Part shown: positions 8,696-17,388 of the stretch, one piece after another
Layout: each line of letters starts with the position of its first letter
Numbering within the stretch: the stretch's first letter is position 1
Assembly: GCA_022601195.1 (NCBI GenBank)
Contig: JAHZIX010000045.1
Location: 628,884 to 692,883 of the forward strand
Source: Deltaproteobacteria bacterium
GTDB lineage: Bacteria; Acidobacteriota; Thermoanaerobaculia; Multivoradales; JAHZIX01
Length of the DNA stretch: 64,000 nucleotides
Reading direction: 5' to 3'
Made by a program: the position numbers and the translations under genes
The notes under the pieces: generated by a model
What the model was told of the DNA's origin: nothing
The model's database searches: none
What the model saw: only the letters and a program-made list of their open reading frames with translations

Positions 8696-10741
8696 TCACG
8701 CCTTGAGATCCTCAATCCCCATTTCCCGGGCGACTTCCACGAGCCGGCTCAACTTAGCCTTGCCGTCACCTTCGAGGCCCGAGCCGAGACGTGCCAGGAG
8801 CCCGGCCAGGGTCAAGTCCTTGAGATCTCCGGAAGTCAAGGCCGGTCGGGAAAGAACCTCCTTGATATCTTCCGGGAGGCTGGCATCGCCTTCCAGGTAG
8901 TCCTTGAACAGATTCTGAGTCTGCTCACTGCGTCCCACAAAACCATCCACAGCCTTGCCCATGGAGATGGCGCCCACCAATTTGTCGAGGAAAGCGCCGT
9001 CGCCGCCGACGATATCGATGCGGGCGTTGCTCAAAGCCTCGGCGAGTACCTTGGCTTGAGCCTCGGCGACCTCTCGGCGAGCTTGGATACCTTCCAAACC
9101 GAGTACTCGTTCGTTCTCCAGCTGCAAGCGGTATTCCTCGTGACCTCGGCCTGCCTCGTCCAGAGCCTCCATGGCCGCGGCTTTTGCCGACAAGCCTTGG
9201 GCCTCGGCGCTGAGCCTCGCCTCGATCGCTTCCGCTTCCGCGGTTCCTTTTTGGCGAACCACGGCGGCTTCCGCGGTGCCGTATTTTTCGGTCGCCTCGG
9301 CGTCGACCTCTTTGATCCGCGCCTCGGCCAAGCCCACCTTCTCGATGGCGATGGCGTCCGCCTCTTTGACGGTGACCTGAGCCAACCCGGAAGCGGCTTC
9401 TTCCGCTTTGACGCCTTCCGCCAAACGAATTTTTGCCTGCGCCTCCTTGTCGGCGATCTCCAAGTCCGCCTGGGCCAAGGTCAGTTGTTCGCGGGCCTTA
9501 TGTTCCGCGGCAGCTTCCGCAGCTTCTGCAGCCTTGATGTCTTTGACCAATAGCTCCTGGGCCTCGCCTTCGGCCGTAATGACCGCGGCCTGCTTGGTGC
9601 GCTCAGCATCCTCGACCACTCGCAGTGTCTTGATGCTCTCCTCTTCTTCCGCCACGGTCTTGTCCACCACGACTCGTTCGCGGACCACCATGGCGATTTC
9701 CTTGCGTTCCACCTCGAGCTCTTTCTCCTTGGAGATACGAGACAGCTCCACTTCTCTCTCTCGGACGATGGCTTCCAGGGCCCGGTCTTTTTCCACCCGC
9801 TCCGCCTCTACGCTGACCACTCGCTCCCGGTTTTTCTGGGCAACTTCTACTTGTCGCAGCTTATTTTCCTCAGCGATGGCCAGCTCTTCATCGGTCCTGA
9901 TGCGAGCGGATTCGGAGCGCAGGCTTTCTTCCGCCTGGATCTTCAGAATCTCGGCCTGCTCTCGAGCCTTGACGGTTTCGATTTCCCGTTCTTGTTTGGC
10001 CTCGGCGTCCGCTTGCTGTCGCTCGAGCTCGAGGATCGCCTCCTGGGCTTCGACATCCTGTTTCTTGATCTTCTTGCGCTCATCGTTCTGAAACTCGTTG
10101 GTGCGAACGTGCTCCACGGCGGTCAGCTCGGTGATTTTGCGAATGCCCTGGGCGTCGAGGATATTGTCCGGATCCAGGGACGATAGGGGGGTTTGCTCCA
10201 GGTAGTCGATGGCGGCGTCTTCCAACACGTAGCCATTGAGGTCCCGGCCGATCACCCCGATGATCTGGTCGCGGAACTCTTCTCGCTTGGTGTAGAGGTC
10301 GACGAAATCTAACTGCTTACCGACGGTTTTCAAGGCCTCCGAAAACTTGGCGCTGAAGAGCTCTTCCAGAGTCTTCTGGTCCGAGGCCCGGGCACAGCCA
10401 ATGGCCTGAGCCACCTTGATGACGTCTTCGCGAGTCTTGTTGACCCGAACAAAGAAGGTCACCTTGATGTCTCCACGGATATTGTCCTGGCAGATCAATC
10501 CATCTTTTCCGCGTCGGTCGATCTCGATGGTCTTGACGGAAATGTCCATCGCTTCCGCTTTGTGGATCACCGGGATCACCAAGTCGCCGGTGAAAGTCAC
10601 CTTCGGCTCAGCCCCTAATTTATTGACAATGAGTGCTCTACCCTGCTCCACCTTGCGGTAGAGCCGGGCTACCAGCAAGCCCGCTCCGAGTAGAAAGAAA
10701 ATGAGGATGAGACCAACGACTACGGGAAAAATTAGATCCAT
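8696..10741 (-). CDS. flotillin (SPFH/band-7 domain protein, FloT/YqiK-like)
   Basis: N-terminal membrane hairpin (MDLIFPVVVGLILIFFLLGAGLLVA), an SPFH domain, then a long EA/EAE-repeat coiled coil typical of bacterial flotillins. AAGGAGGG SD upstream. Confidence 0.85.
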   Translation of the reverse strand: MDLIFPVVVGLILIFFLLGAGLLVARLYRKVEQGRALIVNKLGAEPKVTFTGDLVIPVIHKAEAMDISVKTIEIDRRGKDGLICQDNIRGDIKVTFFVRVNKTREDVIKVAQAIGCARASDQKTLEELFSAKFSEALKTVGKQLDFVDLYTKREEFRDQIIGVIGRDLNGYVLEDAAIDYLEQTPLSSLDPDNILDAQGIRKITELTAVEHVRTNEFQNDERKKIKKQDVEAQEAILELERQQADAEAKQEREIETVKAREQAEILKIQAEESLRSESARIRTDEELAIAEENKLRQVEVAQKNRERVVSVEAERVEKDRALEAIVREREVELSRISKEKELEVERKEIAMVVRERVVVDKTVAEEEESIKTLRVVEDAERTKQAAVITAEGEAQELLVKDIKAAEAAEAAAEHKAREQLTLAQADLEIADKEAQAKIRLAEGVKAEEAASGLAQVTVKEADAIAIEKVGLAEARIKEVDAEATEKYGTAEAAVVRQKGTAEAEAIEARLSAEAQGLSAKAAAMEALDEAGRGHEEYRLQLENERVLGLEGIQARREVAEAQAKVLAEALSNARIDIVGGDGAFLDKLVGAISMGKAVDGFVGRSEQTQNLFKDYLEGDASLPEDIKEVLSRPALTSGDLKDLTLAGLLARLGSGLEGDGKAKLSRLVEVAREMGIEDLKA

Positions 10742-10823
10742 CGCAACCCTCCTTGGTTCGTCGTGAAAAGTCGAAGACGCGAGCCGCCGTTCTCGGCAGC
10801 TTGCCCAGCCGGTCTATAGAGCC

Positions 10824-11519
10824 CTAAGTCAAAGCTTCGGCTACAGGGGTGACCAGGTACGTCTCTTTGTGGGCGTCGTACTTGAAAATCAGAGCTTTGG
10901 AGCCGCGGGTCAGAACGTTGGCTTCCAAACAACGAATGGGAACGAGCAGGCCGGCGCCGCCATCTTCGATCTCTGCCTGGCCGAACTCCAGGTCGACCCG
11001 CAAGGTGGTCACCGTACAGAGCTCGCCGACAAAGGCTTGGCGTTTGGGGGCTAGGTGAGAGACCAGCATTTTTCGAAGCGGGCGGGCACTCAAGGCGGCG
11101 GCACCGAGCCCCAATCCCAAAGCACCAGCTCCTACGAGGATCGCGGCCCAAGTCGCTTTCGACCCGCCCTCGATCGCGTCCATTCCGAGGTAGCTAGCCA
11201 TCCAGCCTACGAAGGTGAGAGTCGTTAGGGAGATCGTCAAAGGCACTCCCGAGAGGCCAAGAAGCTGTAGCAGGCCACCGGAAGTCGCCGAATTACCATC
11301 CGCTCCATCCCCACCCCCTTCACCGACGCCTTCCCCAATACCGTCCGCCGCTTCGAGAGCAGCTTCGGAACCTCCCTCCAGGAGGCCGTCCAGATCCAGT
11401 ATGTCGACGTCCAAGATTCCGGCAATGACAAACAGCCAATACACCAGCAGAACGCCTAAGGGAACAGTGAATAACACCGTCGGAAAGGCCAGGATTGCGT
11501 CTAGAAATTCGGTCATCAT
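10824..11519 (-). CDS. NfeD/YqiJ-like membrane protein (flotillin-associated, OB-fold C-terminus)
   Basis: N-terminus MMTEFLDAILAFPTVLFTVPLGVLLVYWLFV resembles YqiJ. It has multiple TM segments, a Gly/Asp-rich linker and a C-terminal beta-rich region. AAGGAA SD before ATGATG at 11519; the track ORF extends to 11552. Sits 82 nt upstream of flotillin, as in yqiJ-yqiK. Confidence 0.55.
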   Translation of the reverse strand: MMTEFLDAILAFPTVLFTVPLGVLLVYWLFVIAGILDVDILDLDGLLEGGSEAALEAADGIGEGVGEGGGDGADGNSATSGGLLQLLGLSGVPLTISLTTLTFVGWMASYLGMDAIEGGSKATWAAILVGAGALGLGLGAAALSARPLRKMLVSHLAPKRQAFVGELCTVTTLRVDLEFGQAEIEDGGAGLLVPIRCLEANVLTRGSKALIFKYDAHKETYLVTPVAEALT

Positions 11520-11928
11520 TTCCTTTTTTGTTCCAAATACAACGAGATACACCTAGCAGCATTATACCATCTCGAGATTCTTTTGCCGGGCGCGGCTGTT
11601 GTATTTGGTCCTGAATAGCAGGAAAGGGTTTAGTTTTTCTAGGAGTAGGTGGGGGAAGGGGGCGCTCTGGCTTGCGGCCAAAGGCTGGGAAAATTTGAGT
11701 CAAGGGGACCGTTGAACTGGCAGCTCGCCAGGCTGGCCGAAGTTCCTGTCTGACGTCGACAGAGCACATCGACCTCTTTAGCCCCGTGGACTCCTCCTCC
11801 AATCGAGTTCAGTGGGTAGGTCGACAAGCCGCATAGCTGGCTGACGGCTTGGCCATCCTCCCCTGACTCTTTTGGTGTCGGCTCGTCGATGGAAGAACGG
11901 ATAGAGCCAAATCTGGAGGTGAACTCGA

Positions 11929-12270
11929 TGGAACATCGCTATAACGCCGTCTTTGCACAGATAGGCGACCTTCGGATGGGCTTGCGGAAGAGGTTCCCGG
12001 TGCGAATAGGCAGGGCGAGAGCCTCGAAGAGGCCCGGGAAAACTTGAAGGAAGCGATTCAGCTGACCCTCGAGGCGAATCGAGACATTGCCCGCCGGCGC
12101 AGCGAAGGTCATACCGTCGTGCGCGAAGAGCTCCTGGTCTCGGTGGCAGGAAGTGTCGCCAGCTCCTCAAACATCTAAAGAAACACGGCTGTGAGCTGCT
12201 ACGAGAAGGTGGTCGCTTCGCACGTGCTCTCTTCGACTCACAAATAGGCCCAGCGTTTTCCGGAGAGTCA
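11929..12270 (+). pseudogene. degenerate hicB-hicA-like type II toxin-antitoxin remnant (frameshifted)
   Basis: Frame 1 from ATG 11929 reads MEHRYNAVFAQIGD. An overlapping frame reads DGLAEEVPGANRQGESLEEARENLKEAIQLTLEANRD (HicB/UPF0150-like). A third frame reads KCRQLLKHLKKHGCELLREGG, then the HicA catalytic GSHH is split between frames (GGRFARALF / ASHVLSSTHK*). At least two frameshifts and no start codon for the HicA part. Confidence 0.4.
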
Positions 12271-12328
12271 AGTCAGGCGAGGCAGAAAGGCGGCCCCCCG
12301 AAGGAGGGGCCGCCGGAAAGGTCGAGAC

Positions 12329-14395
12329 CTAGTGACTTTCGCGAATAGGGGGCGCGAGGAGGTCTTCGATGCCGATAGAGGGCTGGTTTTCCAGCCTCAC
12401 CGGTTCCAGCTCCTTGAAGGGGTCTTCCGGTAGTTTTCCGGTTTCTTCCAGGGCCGTAAGAACGTGGTGACGGTTGAAGGGGCGGAACTTGAAGCACTTC
12501 ATCTTGGCCACGGCCTTGATGTCAGCTTCACGGCGTTCCAGGTCGTCGAAATCCCGCAGTTTCGGTGCGCCGGCCCCGGTGTAGACCGGATCCGCGACGG
12601 TGATTCCGGTCAGGAAGCCGGAAAGGGCAGCCGGTAGCCCTGGGGTAGCCGGGTCGACATGGACGAATACCGTATCCGTCTCGCGAGCATGGCAACCGTT
12701 ACAGGCGGCGACTCCAACCTGGCTTCGCAGGTCCGAGTGGGCCATGTTGTTGGCCCCGTCTAGGGGAAGCGGCCCGTTCCAATGGAAGGGTGGTGGCGGG
12801 GCACCAGGAACCTTGGGATTGGCGGCTAGGAAGTTCAGGTTGTTGAAAATGAGCGGCACCGGCCGGGGGCCGAAGAGAACGTAGTTCGAGAAATCCACCG
12901 TGTTGTTGAAGCCCAGGTCCGGCGTGTCCGCAGCGGTGGTTTCATGAAGCGTATCCCAGGGGATTTGCATCAGACGGAACTCTCGTAGCTCCCATGGGAA
13001 CTCCTGGCCGATCTCGTTGGTGCGCAGCTGGCCGAGGGCGCTGCCATTGGGCCTGGTGGGGTTGGCGTTGCGACGCACGAAGGTATTGGTGAGTCGGTTG
13101 AGAGTCGCATTGTAGCTTGCCGAAGGGAAGGGCAGGTTGGCGAGGCGAACCCACGCTTTGGCCCAGTCCCGGACATCTTCGCACTCACATTTCGGAACCC
13201 GATACTCAAAGATCACCGAGAAGGCGAGGCCTCGGCAGCCACCACCCAGGTTGACGAGAGTTGGTTGGAAGAAAGGGCTGGCGTCGTAGCTCGGAGGCAG
13301 AACCACGCCGAATACGAAGCGGGCTTCACCAGCGTCGAGGAATTTACCGGTGCTGCTACCCAGGTAACCACCGCTGGTTCCCGTGGTGGAGCGCAGGTCG
13401 ACTCTGGAGACGATGGCCAGCAGCCGGAAGGGTGCGATGGAAAGGTCCAAGTCACCGCCGCCACTGGCAGCCCGCCAGTCAGCGATGAGAGAAGCCATGG
13501 CTGCTCGGGCAGGAACGTTGAAGCTATTGACGTTTTGGGCGGTGCCCCACTGCTTCAGCCACTCTTCGGTCATGAAACTGGGGTCGATACCGGTCGCCGG
13601 TTCGTTAGCCATTTCTCTCATCAGGTGACCAAACGTCCACTGCCCCATGGGGGCTCCGGTGCTAGTGCAGGGATCCCAGGTGCGAGCTGGATCCGTCACC
13701 ACACTGACATCGGTGATCATCAGGGAGCGGTCTTGGAAGATATTGGTGCCAGGAGTGAAGGCGTTGGCGACAACGGAGTCGAGGTGCTCACCTTGCTGGC
13801 CCTGGCCAGTTGCGGCGCTCAGGGGGTTGCCCGCCGCCGGAGCCGGCTCTTCGGTGGCCAGCAGGTTCGATGTGAGGGCTCGGCCAAAAGCGACCCGCTC
13901 TCCGGCGAGAAATTTGTTGGCATCGAAGGGAGTCGTCGCCTTGGTACCGACCCGGACCCGACCATCGAAAACCGGGGCCAGTTTGGCTCCTCGGTCGGAT
14001 TCACCGCGGTCATTCTCTCCACGCTCAATGAGCTCGGAGTCGTCAATAGAGATTCGGCCGGTGAAGACTCCATCCCCGTGGCGGTCATCATCCCCCTTGC
14101 CATCGTCGCGGAGCAGCAAGCTCTGGGAGTCGTCACCTACGATAAGAAAGGTCTTTTCACCGGTCACTTTGGCTAGAGCTGTGACCCCTTCATTGTCCAG
14201 AGTGACGAAGATCCGAGCGTTGCCCTGGCCTCCTTCATCGTCAGCTTTCTGAATCGAAACCGACTCCGGTGGTGGTACGAAGGTGGTGAGCTCCCTCGCC
14301 AAGCTCGGCATGGCCACCAAGCTGGTCAGGCTTAGGGCCAGAATCCACGGGATCCCTCTCTGTTTCTTAGGTTTTGCCACGTTTGTTCCCTCCAT
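12329..14395 (-). CDS. secreted hypothetical protein (688 aa) with a single CXXCH motif
   Basis: Signal-peptide-like N-terminus (ILALSLTSLVAMPSLA). No recognisable catalytic domain. C-terminal CNGCH (possible c-type heme site). Confidence 0.5.
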   Translation of the reverse strand: MEGTNVAKPKKQRGIPWILALSLTSLVAMPSLARELTTFVPPPESVSIQKADDEGGQGNARIFVTLDNEGVTALAKVTGEKTFLIVGDDSQSLLLRDDGKGDDDRHGDGVFTGRISIDDSELIERGENDRGESDRGAKLAPVFDGRVRVGTKATTPFDANKFLAGERVAFGRALTSNLLATEEPAPAAGNPLSAATGQGQQGEHLDSVVANAFTPGTNIFQDRSLMITDVSVVTDPARTWDPCTSTGAPMGQWTFGHLMREMANEPATGIDPSFMTEEWLKQWGTAQNVNSFNVPARAAMASLIADWRAASGGGDLDLSIAPFRLLAIVSRVDLRSTTGTSGGYLGSSTGKFLDAGEARFVFGVVLPPSYDASPFFQPTLVNLGGGCRGLAFSVIFEYRVPKCECEDVRDWAKAWVRLANLPFPSASYNATLNRLTNTFVRRNANPTRPNGSALGQLRTNEIGQEFPWELREFRLMQIPWDTLHETTAADTPDLGFNNTVDFSNYVLFGPRPVPLIFNNLNFLAANPKVPGAPPPPFHWNGPLPLDGANNMAHSDLRSQVGVAACNGCHARETDTVFVHVDPATPGLPAALSGFLTGITVADPVYTGAGAPKLRDFDDLERREADIKAVAKMKCFKFRPFNRHHVLTALEETGKLPEDPFKELEPVRLENQPSIGIEDLLAPPIRESH

Positions 14396-14764
14396 ATTTA
14401 CAAAATGAGACGTCGTGATGACGCCTCTATACTCGTAATTATGAGTGTGAAATTTCTAAAAAACGGGACAAGACTTCATGTCAATGCTGCAATAGGCGAG
14501 GGGACGGTAGGGAGTATGCGGGAAGGCGGTGAGGACGATCTAAGGGGGGACCAAGAATCCACTTGGAACCTTCCGGCCCTTGTCGTTGGCGGCCTTCTTT
14601 GCCGAAAGTCGCAGTCGCGTCGAGCTTTGAAATCGCTCGCTCGGGTCGGTGCAAGCATGGATCGGCACCCGATCAAACAGACCCCAAACCTTCCGCCTGT
14701 AGTCTAGCCAGACCCTGGCGGTGTCGAGCCCACGACTCAATCAAAGTCGGACATGGGATGGATT

Positions 14765-15010
14765 TCAGGTCTCTTGCGCTTCCGTGTCGTCGAGGCCCTG
14801 GACGATCTGTGTCACTTCTACTTCCGCTTTGCGGATCTTGCCTCGACAGAGCTCGAGGAGGGCTGCCCCTCGCTGCAGCTCGGTCGCTAGCTGATCGATG
14901 TCGATCTCTTCGCCTTCGATGCGGCGTAGGATCTCTTCAAGGCTCTCCAAGGCCTCACCGAAGCTAAGCTGTTCGTCGGTCCCGTCATCTGACGCCTTTT
15001 TCTCAGTCAA
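14765..15010 (-). CDS. xseB: exodeoxyribonuclease VII small subunit
   Basis: 81 aa, LSFGEALESLEEILRRIE...LLELCRGKIRKAE, typical of XseB. Start overlaps the xseA stop. Confidence 0.85.
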   Translation of the reverse strand: MTEKKASDDGTDEQLSFGEALESLEEILRRIEGEEIDIDQLATELQRGAALLELCRGKIRKAEVEVTQIVQGLDDTEAQET

Positions 15011-16383
15011 ATCGATTCCTCCACACGGCTTTGGATAGTGCCCTGTCCGAGCTCGGTAGTAATGCGGCTTCCCGAGGCGACTTGTTGCGCTTGCCTCAAA
15101 GCCTTGCCGGTTGGGTCTCTGGTAATGCTGAATCCTCGAGCGAGAGTTTTGGCTGGGGACAGCTGCTCGCAGAGCCGCGCCAACCCGTCGAGGGTTGCAT
15201 GAGCATGGGCGAGGCGCCCCCGAGCAAGCGCTGCAATCTGCCGCTGAGTCTCCTGAGGTTTTCTGCGACGGGACTCCAGGAAGCGCGGGCCTTCGTGGGC
15301 GAGGTTTCGGCTCAGATGATCACATTGCTCACGAGCACGGCGCAGGCGAGCTTCGGAAACGAGAGCGAGTAGTCGGGCAGTCTCCCGGAGTCGAGCCGAT
15401 GCGGCTGTCAATCTAGCTTCTGCAACTTTCAGGGCACTCTCGCATCGATTCACGGCTTCGGTCGCGCGCCGTAGGGGTTCGCGGGCCTCCCTTACCAAGC
15501 GGCGGTGGTATTCATGAGCTTCCGCTTCTGCTGTCGCCAAACGCTCTACTAGGAACTCAGCCACTTTGGTCGGCGTCTTGAGGCTGGTGTGGGCGACTCG
15601 GTCAGCGATGCTGGTGTCGATCTCGTGACCTAGACCGGTGAGCACGGGAAAGGGAGTCCTGGCTACCGCTTCGGCGACCTTTCGGGAGTCGAATACGGCG
15701 AGATCGCTCCGCGAGCCACCCCCGCGAATGAGCACCGCTGCCTCTACCGGTCGCTGCAGTGAGGCCAGGGCTTTGAGGGCGGAAGCGATCTCGCCTTCCG
15801 CGGACCGCCCCTGCACCGAGGCGTGAACAAAGACGAGACGAAAGCCGTAGCCGCTCTCCTGGAGCGTGCTGAGGAAGTCGTGAAAGGCGGCGCTACCGTG
15901 GGAGGTGACCAGGCCTAGCCGCAGCGGTAATTCCGGTAGGGCCTGGCGGCGGTTGCGATCCAAAAGCCCGGCGGTTTCCAGAGCTGCCAGGGTTTGTCGT
16001 CGGCGCTGCTCCAGGAGACCTAGGGTGAAAACCGGATCGACCTCCCGAACGACCACTTGCAGGCGGCCACCGGGCGGCCAGAAATCCACCTGTACGCGGC
16101 AGCGAATCTCCAGGCCTTCGGTGATGCTTTGGTCTACCGCCGACATGCTCCGCCGAATCCTGGCGAAGTCGCCGCGCCAGATCACCGCGTCAATCTTGGC
16201 AACGATGCCGTCTGCGGAGTCCTTTTCGATGAGCTCGAAGTAGAAATGACCGCGCTGGCTGGCTCTCGCCCGCTGCACTTCTCCAACCACCCAAATGGAC
16301 GGAAATGCGGAGCTCAAGAGGTCTCGGATCTCTCCACAAAGATCCGAGACTTTATAGGTTGGTTCCCCAGGAAGTCCGTTCAA
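15007..16383 (-). CDS. xseA: exodeoxyribonuclease VII large subunit
   Basis: OB-fold N-terminus (VSDLCGEIRDLL...VWVVGEVQ), catalytic core, C-terminal coiled coil; 458 aa. Confidence 0.9.
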   Translation of the reverse strand: MNGLPGEPTYKVSDLCGEIRDLLSSAFPSIWVVGEVQRARASQRGHFYFELIEKDSADGIVAKIDAVIWRGDFARIRRSMSAVDQSITEGLEIRCRVQVDFWPPGGRLQVVVREVDPVFTLGLLEQRRRQTLAALETAGLLDRNRRQALPELPLRLGLVTSHGSAAFHDFLSTLQESGYGFRLVFVHASVQGRSAEGEIASALKALASLQRPVEAAVLIRGGGSRSDLAVFDSRKVAEAVARTPFPVLTGLGHEIDTSIADRVAHTSLKTPTKVAEFLVERLATAEAEAHEYHRRLVREAREPLRRATEAVNRCESALKVAEARLTAASARLRETARLLALVSEARLRRAREQCDHLSRNLAHEGPRFLESRRRKPQETQRQIAALARGRLAHAHATLDGLARLCEQLSPAKTLARGFSITRDPTGKALRQAQQVASGSRITTELGQGTIQSRVEESI

Positions 16384-16407
16384 AACCAGGTCAAAGTAGC
16401 GATTGGA

Positions 16408-16959
16408 TCAGTGGTAAGACTTGAGCTCCTGGGAGGTCGCCAAGGGTAGGGCTTCCACCCATTCCATGGATTCCTCGTCGCCCATGGTGAGTTTGTCGAG
16501 GAACTCTCGAGCCTCATCGCGTTCGAAGAACAGGCGCCAGATGAAAGTGTGACCAGCGGGCGCAGTGAAATAAGTGTATTTCTTGGCCCCATCGCCACTC
16601 AGATCGAATCCCAAGTTACTTTCGCCGTTGACGCCGACACAGGCCATGCCGATGGCTCGATAGGCCAGTGCGAGGGCTTTGAGGGCGTCATCAAACTCCC
16701 CTAACTCTTCTCTGGACAGAGGGGAGTGGAGCAGTCCGAGCCTAGAGCCGTCCTCTTGGGCGAGGAGGTTGTAGGCAACATCGTTGCGATCCATGGCATC
16801 TTTGGACTCGCTGGTGGTGACGAAGACGTCCTCGGTGCCAGCAACCTTGTAGGTGATGGCGGTAGCCTCCCGGTCGATGCGGGCAAAGGCCTCTGCAAGG
16901 ATGCCTTCATCCTCAATGGTGAAATAGTAGAGCTGGTTCATTAAGCGTCGAGCGCGCAT
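16408..16959 (-). CDS. hypothetical protein (183 aa), 25 nt upstream of xseA
   Basis: Long ORF co-oriented with xseAB. No motif recognised. Confidence 0.4.
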   Translation of the reverse strand: MRARRLMNQLYYFTIEDEGILAEAFARIDREATAITYKVAGTEDVFVTTSESKDAMDRNDVAYNLLAQEDGSRLGLLHSPLSREELGEFDDALKALALAYRAIGMACVGVNGESNLGFDLSGDGAKKYTYFTAPAGHTFIWRLFFERDEAREFLDKLTMGDEESMEWVEALPLATSQELKSYH

Positions 16960-17388
16960 CTTCGGAAATCCTCCAACCGTTCATTGCCTGGCCCTTCGCG
17001 AAGGGGGCTGAATTTCTGGTGTCGCAAAGGCTCTCGGGTGGTTCCGAGCTGATAGAGCCATCGGGCTCCGATCTCGTCCCATGCTTCCAGGGGACCTACT
17101 CGTGGAGATCAGCTGTCTCTTCGATAGCCAGGAAGGAGCCCCGAAACAGGACTCAGGCTGGATTGTAACAAAAAGCGGTTCTCCAATCACCAAAAGAACT
17201 AGAGGGGCGAGTCAGAGTACAATGGTAGAGCGATGTACTCAGAGGCCGATAGTTCTTTTGATCTAGAACTTCATGGCGGTCGCATTTTCTGAGTACATGT
17301 TAGCTGCTAAATGTAGCTGTGAATCTAGAGGTCGATTCGCCGACCCTGTTGACTGGCGATTTTTGGAGCCAATGGAAATACCTTTTCG

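Noticed and set aside
9408-10091. 227-aa + strand ORF rich in Ser/Thr/Ala/Arg, and similar ORFs at 8609-9553, 9171-9380 and 9851-10186
   Set aside because: They lie antisense to the flotillin coiled-coil region. Their low-complexity composition mirrors the GAA/GCC-rich sense strand, so these are frame artefacts in a high-GC repeat-coding region.
13265-14252. Several 200-300-aa + strand ORFs (13265-14176, 13647-14252) antisense to the secreted-protein gene
   Set aside because: They have no motifs and Arg/Gly/Ser-rich composition typical of spurious high-GC antisense frames. The minus-strand ORF has a signal peptide and a continuous 688-aa frame.
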